From Spirochaetales bacterium (GTDB lineage: Bacteria > Spirochaetota > Spirochaetia > Treponematales > Treponemataceae), in NCBI GenBank assembly GCA_030540405.1, contig JAUNWH010000009.1, positions 2,948 to 66,947 on the forward strand: a DNA stretch of 64,000 nt. Reading direction: 5' to 3'. The position numbers and the translations under genes were made by a program. Of the stretch, positions 19,822 through 28,190 are shown in pieces. The notes beneath the pieces are model-generated. The model had not been told where the DNA came from. It searched no databases and saw only the letters and a list, made by a program, of their open reading frames with translations. The number at the start of each line of letters is the position of its first letter. Position 1 is the first letter of the stretch.

Positions 19822-21684
19822 ATGACAGTTAATGACATCAAACATGCCAAAATCAAGGCATGGATTGAAGAATGTGTTAAGATGTGTGAGCCGGACAATG
19901 TTGTTGTTTGCGATGGTTCTACAGCCGAATATGACCGCCTTATGAAAAAATGCGTAGATGCAGGCCTTGCAACTCCGCTTACAAAAAAGCCCAACAGCTT
20001 CCTTTTCCGCTCACTTCCGAGCGATGTTGCACGTGTTGAGTCACGCACATTCATTTCTTCTGTAAAGGAAGAGGATGCCGGTCCTACAAACCACTGGATT
20101 GATCCTAAAGAGCTCAAGGCTACAATGAAAGGCCTTTACACAGGATGTATGCACGGACGCACAATGTACGTTATTCCGTTCTGCATGGGACCTCTCGGCT
20201 CACCAATTGCAAAATACGGAATCGAGCTTACAGACTCTGAATACGTTGTTCTTAACATGGACATCATGACACGCGCCGGCGAAAAAGTTTGGGAATACTT
20301 CGGTACGGACGGAGACTTTGTTCCATGTCTTCACTCAGTCGGCAAGCCGCTCAACAACGGCGAAAAAGACAACGGTGTCTGGCCTTGCGCAGATGTTGAG
20401 CACAAATACATCAGCCAGTTCCCAGAAGAACGCCTTATTTGGTCTTATGGTTCTGGATACGGTGGAAACGCTCTTCTTGGAAAGAAATGTTTCGCTCTCC
20501 GCATTGCAACTGTAATTGCACGCGAAGAAGGCTGGCTTGCTGAACACATGCTTATCCTTAAGCTTACAAACCCTGAAGGAGAAGTTAAATACGTTACTGG
20601 CGCATTCCCTTCTGCATGTGGAAAAACAAACCTTGCAATGCTTATTCCTACAATTCCTGGCTGGAAAGTTGAAACAGTCGGCGATGATATTGCATGGATG
20701 AAATTTGGAAAAGATGGCCGTCTTTATGCTATCAACCCAGAAGCAGGATTCTTTGGCGTTGCTCCAGGAACATCTGCTGAATCTAACAAGAACGCTCTTG
20801 AAGCTGCTTCAAAGAACACAATTTTCACAAACTGTGCTCTTACAGAAGACGGAGACGTTTGGTGGGAAGGAATCGGCTATCCTGCAAAGGGCAAGCTTGT
20901 TGACTGGAAAGGAAACACACGCGACGCTCTTCCAAAAGACAAATCTCCTAAGGGCGAAGAATTCGCTCATCCAAACGCACGCTTTACAGCGCCTGCAAAA
21001 CAGTGCCCTTGTATCGCTTCTGACTGGGAATCTCCAGAGGGCGTTCCGATTTCTGCAATCCTGTTCGGTGGACGCCGCCCGTCAACAGTTCCGCTCGTAC
21101 ACCAGAGCCGCAACTGGAACCACGGTGTATTCCTTGGATCTATCGTAGGTTCAGAAATCACTGCCGCTTCTACAATCGATGCTTCACAGGTTGGAAAAAT
21201 CCGCCGCGACCCATTCGCAATTCTTCCGTTCTGCGGATACAACATGGGCGACTACTTCCAGCACTGGATCGACGTTGGCGCAGCAGCAGCTAAACGTGGT
21301 GAAGAAGACAAGCTTCCTAAGATTTTCTATGTAAACTGGTTCCGCAAGGACGAAAACAACAAGGATCTTCCAGGCGGATTCATGTGGCCAGGATACGGCG
21401 ACAACAGCCGCGTTCTTGCATGGATTTTCGACCGCTGCGACGGAAAAGACAACTACGTTGACACACCAATCGGATTTATGCCAAAAGAAGGCGCTCTCAA
21501 CCTTGACGGTCTTGCAGACGTTTACAAGGCTCAGATTCCAGCAATCACAGCAGTTGACAAGGAAGGCTGGCTCAAGGAATGTAAAGACATCCGCGAAAAT
21601 CATTATCCAAAGTTCGGCAAACATCTTCCAAAAGAATTGGCAGACTGTCTTGACGATTTGGAAATCCGCTTAAACAAAGCTTAG
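19822..21684 (+). CDS. pckG: Phosphoenolpyruvate carboxykinase (GTP)
   Basis: 620 aa. GTP-type PEPCK kinase-1a motif [13 protein letters not shown] and the conserved block [17 protein letters not shown]. Confidence 0.95.
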   Translation: MTVNDIKHAKIKAWIEECVKMCEPDNVVVCDGSTAEYDRLMKKCVDAGLATPLTKKPNSFLFRSLPSDVARVESRTFISSVKEEDAGPTNHWIDPKELKATMKGLYTGCMHGRTMYVIPFCMGPLGSPIAKYGIELTDSEYVVLNMDIMTRAGEKVWEYFGTDGDFVPCLHSVGKPLNNGEKDNGVWPCADVEHKYISQFPEERLIWSYGSGYGGNALLGKKCFALRIATVIAREEGWLAEHMLILKLTNPEGEVKYVTGAFPSACGKTNLAMLIPTIPGWKVETVGDDIAWMKFGKDGRLYAINPEAGFFGVAPGTSAESNKNALEAASKNTIFTNCALTEDGDVWWEGIGYPAKGKLVDWKGNTRDALPKDKSPKGEEFAHPNARFTAPAKQCPCIASDWESPEGVPISAILFGGRRPSTVPLVHQSRNWNHGVFLGSIVGSEITAASTIDASQVGKIRRDPFAILPFCGYNMGDYFQHWIDVGAAAAKRGEEDKLPKIFYVNWFRKDENNKDLPGGFMWPGYGDNSRVLAWIFDRCDGKDNYVDTPIGFMPKEGALNLDGLADVYKAQIPAITAVDKEGWLKECKDIRENHYPKFGKHLPKELADCLDDLEIRLNKA

Positions 21685-21693
21685 TTTTTCCGG

Positions 21694-21738
21694 GCGAGTT
21701 TGCTGCAAAGCAAACTCGGTAAGCAACCGCAAGGTTGC
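21694..21738 (+). repeat. REP-like double-hairpin element, copy 1
   Basis: CGAGTTTGC-TGCAAA-GCAAACTCG, then GGTAAG, then GCAACC-GCAA-GGTTGC, starting 10 nt after the pckG stop. Homologous element at 43901-43946. Confidence 0.7.
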
Positions 21739-21878
21739 GACATGATTTAGGGTTTATCAAAACCCTAAAAACGGCTGAGTCAAGGTCTTGAGCGTAAGCG
21801 TACCTTGACCTGACGTATTTGGAATCACGTCTTAACAAGGCATAAGCCAATAAATAAATCGAAAGGTTTATAATGAAA

Positions 21879-21912
21879 AATCCCGCTGGAATTTCTTCTG
21901 GCGGGATTTTTT
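21879..21912 (+). terminator. Rho-independent terminator about 200 nt downstream of pckG
   Basis: AATCCCGC / GCGGGATT stem, 14-nt loop, then a T-run. Confidence 0.7.
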
Positions 21913-21937
21913 ATTTTCTTTGTGTTTTATTATGCCG

Positions 21938-21965
21938 TTGCAATCTCTGTGTTTTGCAATATAAT
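21938..21965 (+). promoter_or_regulatory. Candidate sigma-70 promoter of the NlpC/P60 lipoprotein gene
   Basis: TTGCAA (21938-21943), 16-nt spacer, TATAAT (21960-21965). Confidence 0.55.
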
Positions 21966-22013
21966 GTAGTTGTTCAAATCTTAATTTTATCAGCCCCGTA
22001 AAATACTATACAC

Positions 22014-22021
22014 GGGGGGGG
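22014..22021 (+). repeat. G8 homopolymer in the 5' UTR/Shine-Dalgarno position of the NlpC/P60 gene
   Basis: GGGGGGGG followed by TAGAA and the GTG start at 22027. Confidence 0.95.
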
Positions 22022-22026
22022 TAGAA

Positions 22027-22572
22027 GTGAAAAGCAAATTTATATTTGCTCCTTTTTTGTTCTGTTTTGCCATTCTGTTTGTTTCCTGCAATTTTAACAA
22101 TGATTCCGATGATACTACTGAAATAGACTGCCCTGCGGAAATTGCTTCCCGCGCGTTCCGATTTGCTGAATTGTACAAAGATTCTGATACGGTTTATGAG
22201 CTGGGCGGTCAATCTCCAGTCCGTTCCGCTATTGCCATAGACTGTTCTGGGCTTGTCGTGATGTGCTACAAGTATGCAATGGTCGATACAAAATATTCTT
22301 TGCCTGTTTCGGACATGACGGCGGGTTATATGTGCGAATGTGCTTCGTCTCACGTTACGCTAGAGCAAATGCGGCAGGGCGATTTGATTTTCATGGGCGA
22401 GGCGGATTCTTCCAATGTGTCGCATATCGCGCTTTTTGACCGGCTAGAAAACGACAATGTCTATTTTATCGACAGCACGGAAAAAGACGGCATAAGCGGT
22501 GTTACTTGCCGATATTATCCTTCCAGTGATTCGCGCTTTAAGTCGTTCGGCGTGATGAGAATTCAATATTGA
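22027..22572 (+). CDS. NlpC/P60 family cell-wall hydrolase lipoprotein
   Basis: Signal peptide with lipobox FVSC. Catalytic Cys motif DCSGLVVMCY and downstream His (VSHIALF). GTG start. Confidence 0.8.
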   Translation: MKSKFIFAPFLFCFAILFVSCNFNNDSDDTTEIDCPAEIASRAFRFAELYKDSDTVYELGGQSPVRSAIAIDCSGLVVMCYKYAMVDTKYSLPVSDMTAGYMCECASSHVTLEQMRQGDLIFMGEADSSNVSHIALFDRLENDNVYFIDSTEKDGISGVTCRYYPSSDSRFKSFGVMRIQY

Positions 22573-22710
22573 CGGAAAACAAATTTTTCAGATTCCGCTG
22601 GAAGTTTTCTAATATGATTTTTTTGGAAAATAGACAGTCTTTCAATTTTAAATTTTACTGCTCTTAACTTTTTACTTTAAATTCGTGGTGTTTTTCTGTA
22701 TAATCGGCTT

Positions 22711-24375
22711 ATGAGCATTTCGAGCATATTGTCTATATTCCTTCAGTTTTTTGGCAGTCTTTGTTTTCTTCTTTTTGGAATGAAAATGATGAGCGATGGA
22801 ATCCAGAAGTCTGCGGGAGACAAACTTCAGGCTGCTCTTCATCTTATGACAGGAAACCGTTTTACCGGATTTTTTACAGGCTGTTTTTTGACTATGATAA
22901 TTCAGTCTTCCGGGGCTACAACTGTCATGGTTGTTTCTTTTGTAAACGCCGGGCTTATCGAGCTAAGCAAGTCGATTGCCGTGATTTTGGGCGCGAATGT
23001 CGGAACAACGATAACGGCTTGGATTGTTGCGATATTCGGCTTTAACTTTGAAATTTCAGCATTTGCAATTCCGCTTTTTGGCATTGGCTATCTTTTTACA
23101 GTTATAAAGAAAATCAGAAATCCGGGGCTTGGTCAGGCCGTCATGGGATTTGGAATTCTTTTTATTGCCTTGCAGTGGCTTTCAAGCACAATTTCGCTTA
23201 ATTCAGGCTCAATGAATTTTCTTCCTGCCTTGCAAGACAAAGGAACTTTTAGCTATCTTATTGCTTTTGTAATCGGAATTTTTGTTACTGCAATGATTCA
23301 TTCTTCTTCCGCTATGACGGCAATTGTAATTACGATGGCATACAACCAAATTCTTACTTGGCAATTTTCCGCGGCAATTATAATCGGAAGCAACGTCGGT
23401 TCAACTATAGATTCCGTTATGGCTTCGTTCGGAGCGAACGCAAATGCAAAGCGCACAATGCTTGTTCATGTTCTGTTTAATTCGTTTACTGCAATTGTCG
23501 CCTTGATTTTTATAAAGCCTTTTACGCAGTTTGTGGATTTAATTGTTCCGGGAACTGTTACAGAAAATATTACAATGCACATAGCGATGCTTCATTCAAT
23601 GTTCAACATAATCGGCTCGCTTTTCTTTATGCCGTTTGTGAATCCTCTTTGCAAGCTTACGCATATTCTTATAAAAGACGACAAAGCTTCACTTCCTTCT
23701 ATATATAAGTTTGAATTTCCTGAACGCGCCGCGCATGAGTCTCCTACAATTCCTGTTGTTTCTGCGCAAATGGAAGTAAGGCGTATGGCTGATATTTCCG
23801 TGCAGATGTTTGACAGGCTTCAGTACGGGCTTACTGATTTGTCCGGGCGTTTTGCTGTGGATCATTACGATAATCTTGTGCGCGAAGAAGATTACCTTGA
23901 CCAGATGCAGGAACAGCTTACAAAGTATCTTTTAAAATGCGCCCAGCTTGATATTGATGACAAGCTCCGTGAAAATATCAATGTAATGATTTCGATTACA
24001 GGCGAACTTGAGTCTATGTCTGATGACTGCCTGAGCATTGGCGTTTATTTGAAGCGCATAACGGAAAAGCACTACGTATTTAAAAAAGAAGATTTTGACC
24101 GCCTGATTCCTTATCTTGAGCTTGCACGGCAGCTGCTTCAGTTTATTTACAAAAATATCAACAAGGCTCTTTCAAAAGAACAGCTTGATTTTGCAAATGA
24201 ACTTGAATCTCAGATTGACGCGGAACGTAAAGCCTTGAAAAAAATAGCTCGAAAACGCCTTGAAGACGGGGCAGATGTAAAAGCCGAGCTTTTGTACATG
24301 GATTTAGTGCGCCAGATAGAAAAAATAGGCGACCGTTGCTTTAACATTGCAGAGCAGCTTGCCCTTACAAAATAA
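22711..24375 (+). CDS. Na/Pi cotransporter family protein with C-terminal PhoU-like domain
   Basis: 554 aa. N-terminus FLLFGMKMMSDGIQKSAG with duplicated Na_Pi_cotrans repeats, then a helical PhoU-like C-terminal part. Confidence 0.85.
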   Translation: MSISSILSIFLQFFGSLCFLLFGMKMMSDGIQKSAGDKLQAALHLMTGNRFTGFFTGCFLTMIIQSSGATTVMVVSFVNAGLIELSKSIAVILGANVGTTITAWIVAIFGFNFEISAFAIPLFGIGYLFTVIKKIRNPGLGQAVMGFGILFIALQWLSSTISLNSGSMNFLPALQDKGTFSYLIAFVIGIFVTAMIHSSSAMTAIVITMAYNQILTWQFSAAIIIGSNVGSTIDSVMASFGANANAKRTMLVHVLFNSFTAIVALIFIKPFTQFVDLIVPGTVTENITMHIAMLHSMFNIIGSLFFMPFVNPLCKLTHILIKDDKASLPSIYKFEFPERAAHESPTIPVVSAQMEVRRMADISVQMFDRLQYGLTDLSGRFAVDHYDNLVREEDYLDQMQEQLTKYLLKCAQLDIDDKLRENINVMISITGELESMSDDCLSIGVYLKRITEKHYVFKKEDFDRLIPYLELARQLLQFIYKNINKALSKEQLDFANELESQIDAERKALKKIARKRLEDGADVKAELLYMDLVRQIEKIGDRCFNIAEQLALTK

Positions 24376-24454
24376 AAAAGGGCTGCCTAAAGCATTATGA
24401 AGTTTATTTCATTATGCGCTTTTTTGGCAGCCAGGTTACTATAAATAATTTTAG

Positions 24455-24769
24455 TTATTTATAGCTGATAGCAATTCCGCTCATGTTGTAACTGTTGAAT
24501 GTAAAAATAAGGAACACTGTTTTCTTTGTGTCAACTTTTACATTTACAACATCATCGCATTCTGGATACTTTTTCTTTGCTTCTGCATAAAGCTTGCTAT
24601 AGCCAGAATTTGTGGCAGAAGACTTTACTTCTACACGTCCAAGAACTTCATAGCTTTGCGCATCACCTGGAAAAGCTCCTGCATCACTAAGTGGTGTCAT
24701 AGAAATGCAGCCTGTTAGTGTTGCCGTCAAAATCAGCATAGACAACAATAAACCTACTCCTTTTTTCAT
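24455..24769 (-). CDS. Small lipoprotein of unknown function
   Basis: GGAGG then ATG at 24769. Signal peptide MKKGVGLLLSMLILTATLTGC with lipobox LTGC. 104 aa. The longer ORF (to 24829) would run through its own promoter. Confidence 0.75.
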   Translation of the reverse strand: MKKGVGLLLSMLILTATLTGCISMTPLSDAGAFPGDAQSYEVLGRVEVKSSATNSGYSKLYAEAKKKYPECDDVVNVKVDTKKTVFLIFTFNSYNMSGIAISYK

Positions 24770-24798
24770 ATTTACCTCCAGAAAAAATAGGATACTGT

Positions 24799-24825
24799 AT
24801 TGTACCCCCCCCGGGATTCTGTCAA
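24799..24825 (-). promoter_or_regulatory. Sigma-70 promoter with a G8 tract in a 15-nt spacer
   Basis: Minus strand reads TTGACA-GAATCCC-GGGGGGGG-TACAAT. RBS and ATG follow about 20-30 nt downstream. Confidence 0.7.
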
Positions 24826-24850
24826 GCATTTTTTTATAAAAAACTTTTCT

Positions 24851-24879
24851 TTGCTTTTTGGAATATTCCGTAGTATAAT
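24851..24879 (+). promoter_or_regulatory. Candidate sigma-70 promoter of hpf
   Basis: TTGCTT (24851-24856), 17-nt spacer, TATAAT (24874-24879). Confidence 0.55.
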
Positions 24880-24952
24880 ATTATTGTAATCTTAAAAAGA
24901 TTGCGGCGGCAGTTTGCTGCGGGATTTAAATATATTTATTAGGAGAAAAACT

Positions 24953-25243
24953 ATGACAAAATCAATATCTGCACAGGGCTTTACTTTGGATTCAGACCAG
25001 ACAGCTCTTATCAACAAAAAACTGGAGCGCATAAGTTACGCTGAAAATCTTATCGTTGACTTGATTATGCACGTAAAGGAAGATAAAAAATTCTACTTTG
25101 ATACAACTGTTAACTTTAGATGGGGTGGAAATGCTCATGTTACAGGCGATGACTTTGACTTTGCGGCTGCGCTTAACAAAATGATGGATGTTCTTGATAC
25201 AAAAATCAAGAAAGAAAAAGATAAGGTCCAGGAGAAAAAATAA
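24953..25243 (+). CDS. hpf: Ribosome hibernation promoting factor / sigma-54 modulation protein (short HPF/RaiA type)
   Basis: AGGAG then ATG at 24953. 96 aa. C-terminal DDFDFAAALNKMMDVLDTKIKKEKDK matches the HPF signature. Confidence 0.8.
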   Translation: MTKSISAQGFTLDSDQTALINKKLERISYAENLIVDLIMHVKEDKKFYFDTTVNFRWGGNAHVTGDDFDFAAALNKMMDVLDTKIKKEKDKVQEKK

Positions 25244-25289
25244 TTTTTTCAAAAAAGTAGTTTCTGTATTTGAACTTTAAAACAATTCG

Positions 25290-25315
25290 GGCTGTCTAAA
25301 ATGGCAGCCTTTTTT
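25290..25315 (+). terminator. Terminator after hpf
   Basis: 7-bp stem GGCTGTC / GGCAGCC (one G-U pair), loop TAAAAT, then T6. Abuts the rpoN stop codon. Confidence 0.55.
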
Positions 25316-26747
25316 ATTGTCTGTTGTATGAAGAATCTATGCTGAGCCTGCTTCTGTATTTTGCAACTGTTCTGCGTGCAATTTTTATTCCAGATTTTTC
25401 TAGCTCTTCTGAAAGTTTTTGGTCGCTCATTTTTTTTCCGACGGAAGAGTTCAGTATTTTTTTTAGCTCTGCCATTGCTTTGTCTTGGCTTATTGTTTTG
25501 TTTTTTTTGCTTGCGGCGTTTGTGAAAAAATATTTTATTTCAAAACGTCCCCATTCACATTGAAGAAATTTGCTGTTTGCCATTCGTGAAATTGTTGTTT
25601 CGTGGACTTTAAGTTTGTCCGCAATGTCTTGCTGTCTTAAAGGAACCAAGTTGCCTTGCCCGTGCAGGAAAAAATCAGTTTGAATCCGCACAATTTCTAT
25701 GCAGGCCTTTAAAAGCGTGCTTTGCCTGAATTCCAAAGTGTCTAAAAAATCTTTTGCTTTTTTTATTTCAGTTTTTATTGATGAAGAATTTTTTTCATTG
25801 TTTTTTGCAAGCTTTAAAAATTCCGGGTTTATTGAAATTTGCGGGAAGTTGTCTTTTGCAAGCCTCACGTTCCAGGAATTTTTTCCAGCCGAAACAATGT
25901 TATCTTCAATCTGATTTTCTTGAAATCCTTCCTGAATTTTTTCCACGTAGACATCTGGAGAAATAAAATGAATTTCTTTTGTGCTGAAATTTCTCGCAGG
26001 AAAAGGATCTAGCGTCCGTATAAAATTAATGGCTTTTTCCACATCTTGAATTGTAGGATTTAAATTTAGATATTTTTCATTTTGGGAATTTGCAAAAAGT
26101 TTTTTCTGTTCCAAAAGATATTCTTGGATTTTCTGGAGAACTTTTTCAGGACGAGGCGGATCAAGAAATTTTAGTTTTCCGTCTAAAATAAAAATTGCAA
26201 GAAGCGGCGCATTTTCTTTTTGTTCTGCCTGCACAAGCAAGCTTTCTTCTGTGTTTGTAACGCACACTCCGCAAGGTTCAAGCTGTCTTACAATTCTAAT
26301 GCATTTTTCCAAAAGTCCCGGTGTTTGCAGTTTGTCTTTTTTGTCAAGAAGTGAAATCGGCGCAAGAATATAAAATCCTTTTGCGTCAAGATTGTAGATG
26401 AGTTTTTCGCATAAAGTTTTTTCAGTTGCGCCAAGACGCATTGCATTCAGCTGGGACAAAAGATGTTCCTGCAAAGATTCCCGCTCATCCGCTTTTGCTT
26501 CAAGCGCCGCCTGAAAATTTTCACTTGCTTCTTCGCCGCTTGCACTTGCTGATGATACTTTTGTTCCGTCCCAGTTTGTTCTGTCTTTTGTTATGACTAG
26601 CGCAGGATTTTCTTCCGCAGCTTTATAGATTTCTTCAGTCAAATCTTTTGAGTTCATGGCTAAAAGTTTTAATGCCTGAATTTGCTTTTGGCTCATTATT
26701 TGAATTTGAGACTGAATCTGTCTTTGCTGAAATTCTAATCCTGTCAT
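25314..26747 (-). CDS. rpoN: RNA polymerase sigma-54 factor
   Basis: 477 aa. Gln-rich N-terminus (QQRQIQSQIQIMSQKQIQ), HTH region and RpoN box ARRTVAKYR. Confidence 0.95.
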   Translation of the reverse strand: MTGLEFQQRQIQSQIQIMSQKQIQALKLLAMNSKDLTEEIYKAAEENPALVITKDRTNWDGTKVSSASASGEEASENFQAALEAKADERESLQEHLLSQLNAMRLGATEKTLCEKLIYNLDAKGFYILAPISLLDKKDKLQTPGLLEKCIRIVRQLEPCGVCVTNTEESLLVQAEQKENAPLLAIFILDGKLKFLDPPRPEKVLQKIQEYLLEQKKLFANSQNEKYLNLNPTIQDVEKAINFIRTLDPFPARNFSTKEIHFISPDVYVEKIQEGFQENQIEDNIVSAGKNSWNVRLAKDNFPQISINPEFLKLAKNNEKNSSSIKTEIKKAKDFLDTLEFRQSTLLKACIEIVRIQTDFFLHGQGNLVPLRQQDIADKLKVHETTISRMANSKFLQCEWGRFEIKYFFTNAASKKNKTISQDKAMAELKKILNSSVGKKMSDQKLSEELEKSGIKIARRTVAKYRSRLSIDSSYNRQ

Positions 26748-26856
26748 TTCTTAATTATAATTGCAATTTTTATAAAATTCAATTTTGCTTTTGAGCTTGC
26801 CAAATCTTTTGTTTTCTCTTATGGCTAAAAGTGAAAAATATCTATATAATTTTTTT

Positions 26857-28176
26857 ATGGAAAATTTTGAGCAGTTTGGAATACAAATCCCAGAAATTCT
26901 TTTGCCTAGAAAAAAGAATTTAAAGACTTGGTGTGTTGTGGCGTGCGATCAGTATACGCAGGATTTTGATTATTGGAAAAAAGCAGAAGAAATTGCTGGT
27001 GATTCTCCTTCAACTTTGAATTTGATTTTGCCGGAAATTTTTCTTTCTTCTCCAGATAAAAAAGAGCGAATAGAAAAAATCCGTCAGACAATGAAAAAAT
27101 ATCTTGATGAAAATATTTTTGATTCGCCTGAAAAAGAATTTATTTATGTTGAACGAAAAACTTGCTACGGAAGAGTTCGTCGCGGTCTTGTTGCTGCGAT
27201 TGATTTGGAAACTTATGAATGGAAGCCGTTTTCAAAAAGTTTAATCCGCGCCACGGAAGCTACTATTCCAGAAAGAATTCCAGTGCGAAAAGAAATTAGA
27301 AGAGGTGCGCTGCTTGAGCTTCCGCACATTATGCTTTTGGTGAATGATCCTGAACATTGTCTTGTTGAAGAAGCTGGCAGTGAGGCTAAAAAAGATCCGC
27401 CGATTTATAACGGAGATTTGATGATGAATGCCGGCCACATTTCAGGCTGGGCTGTAAAATCAAAAGAAGCCTTTGAAAAAATTTTTTCTGCGCTTGAAAA
27501 ATTAAAAAGAGAAAATTCTGACGGCGATGGAAATTCTTTTTTGTTTGCTGTTGGAGACGGAAATCATTCTTTGGCAACTGCAAAAGCTGTTTGGGATGAA
27601 TGCAAAAATTCTGATTCGCCAGATTTAAATGCGCGTTATGCTCTTGTTGAAATTGTAAATATTTATGATTCCGGTCTGACTTTTGAGCCGATCCATCGTG
27701 TGCTTTTTAATTGCGACGCTTTTAAATTAATTTCTTTTTTAAATGAAAAGCTTAATGGAGAACTTGTAGAAGAAACAAGTGAAACTTCTTTGAAAAAAAA
27801 TGTAAAAAATTTCAAAGCGGATTTTGGCTTTGTTTTTAAAGAAAATGAAAAGCAAAAATATTTCAGAGTAAAAACAAAAATTCAAGAACTTGCAGTCAGC
27901 CGTCTTCAGCCGTTGCTTGATGAATTTATTTCCTGCAACAAAGAAATTGAAATTGACTACATTCATGGCAATGAAGAAGTTTTTAGACTTGGCGCGCAGA
28001 AAAACGCAATTGCAATTCTTCTTCCTCCAATTGCAAAAGATTCATTCTTTGAAACAATTTCTAACCGCGGACCTTTGCCTCGAAAAAGTTTCAGCATGGG
28101 AGAAGCCAGTGAAAAAAGATTCTATCTTGAGTGCCGAAAACTTTTTTCAGCCGATAGACTTTCAGTTAATCCTTAA
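26857..28176 (+). CDS. DUF1015 family protein
   Basis: Family-typical blocks (VACDQYT, AVGDGNHSLATAK, LPRKSFSMGEA). Start at ATG 26857 (MENFEQFG). Confidence 0.8.
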   Translation: MENFEQFGIQIPEILLPRKKNLKTWCVVACDQYTQDFDYWKKAEEIAGDSPSTLNLILPEIFLSSPDKKERIEKIRQTMKKYLDENIFDSPEKEFIYVERKTCYGRVRRGLVAAIDLETYEWKPFSKSLIRATEATIPERIPVRKEIRRGALLELPHIMLLVNDPEHCLVEEAGSEAKKDPPIYNGDLMMNAGHISGWAVKSKEAFEKIFSALEKLKRENSDGDGNSFLFAVGDGNHSLATAKAVWDECKNSDSPDLNARYALVEIVNIYDSGLTFEPIHRVLFNCDAFKLISFLNEKLNGELVEETSETSLKKNVKNFKADFGFVFKENEKQKYFRVKTKIQELAVSRLQPLLDEFISCNKEIEIDYIHGNEEVFRLGAQKNAIAILLPPIAKDSFFETISNRGPLPRKSFSMGEASEKRFYLECRKLFSADRLSVNP

Positions 28177-28190
28177 GTATAATCGTTGCT

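Noticed and set aside
20705-21148. 147-aa plus-strand out-of-frame ORF inside pckG, plus several others on both strands
   Set aside because: These are alternative frames of a highly conserved enzyme gene, made open by codon bias.
21747-21768. Telomere-like TTAGGGTTTA string, also present at 62367-62376
   Set aside because: It is only a 10-nt match, at one locus it is part of an ordinary hairpin, and there is no tandem repetition. It is treated as coincidence.
21873-22010. 45-codon Cys-rich hydrophobic ORF (MKNPAGISSGGIFYFLCVLLCRC...)
   Set aside because: Its first 40 nt are the stem-loop and T-run of a canonical terminator, and it spans the next gene's promoter. It is most likely non-coding.
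21913-22026. Possible c-di-AMP (ydaO-type) riboswitch upstream of the NlpC/P60 gene
   Set aside because: After the predicted promoter the leader is only about 55 nt. Apart from ACGGGG/CCCCGT pairing it lacks the pseudo-symmetric conserved cores of that motif.
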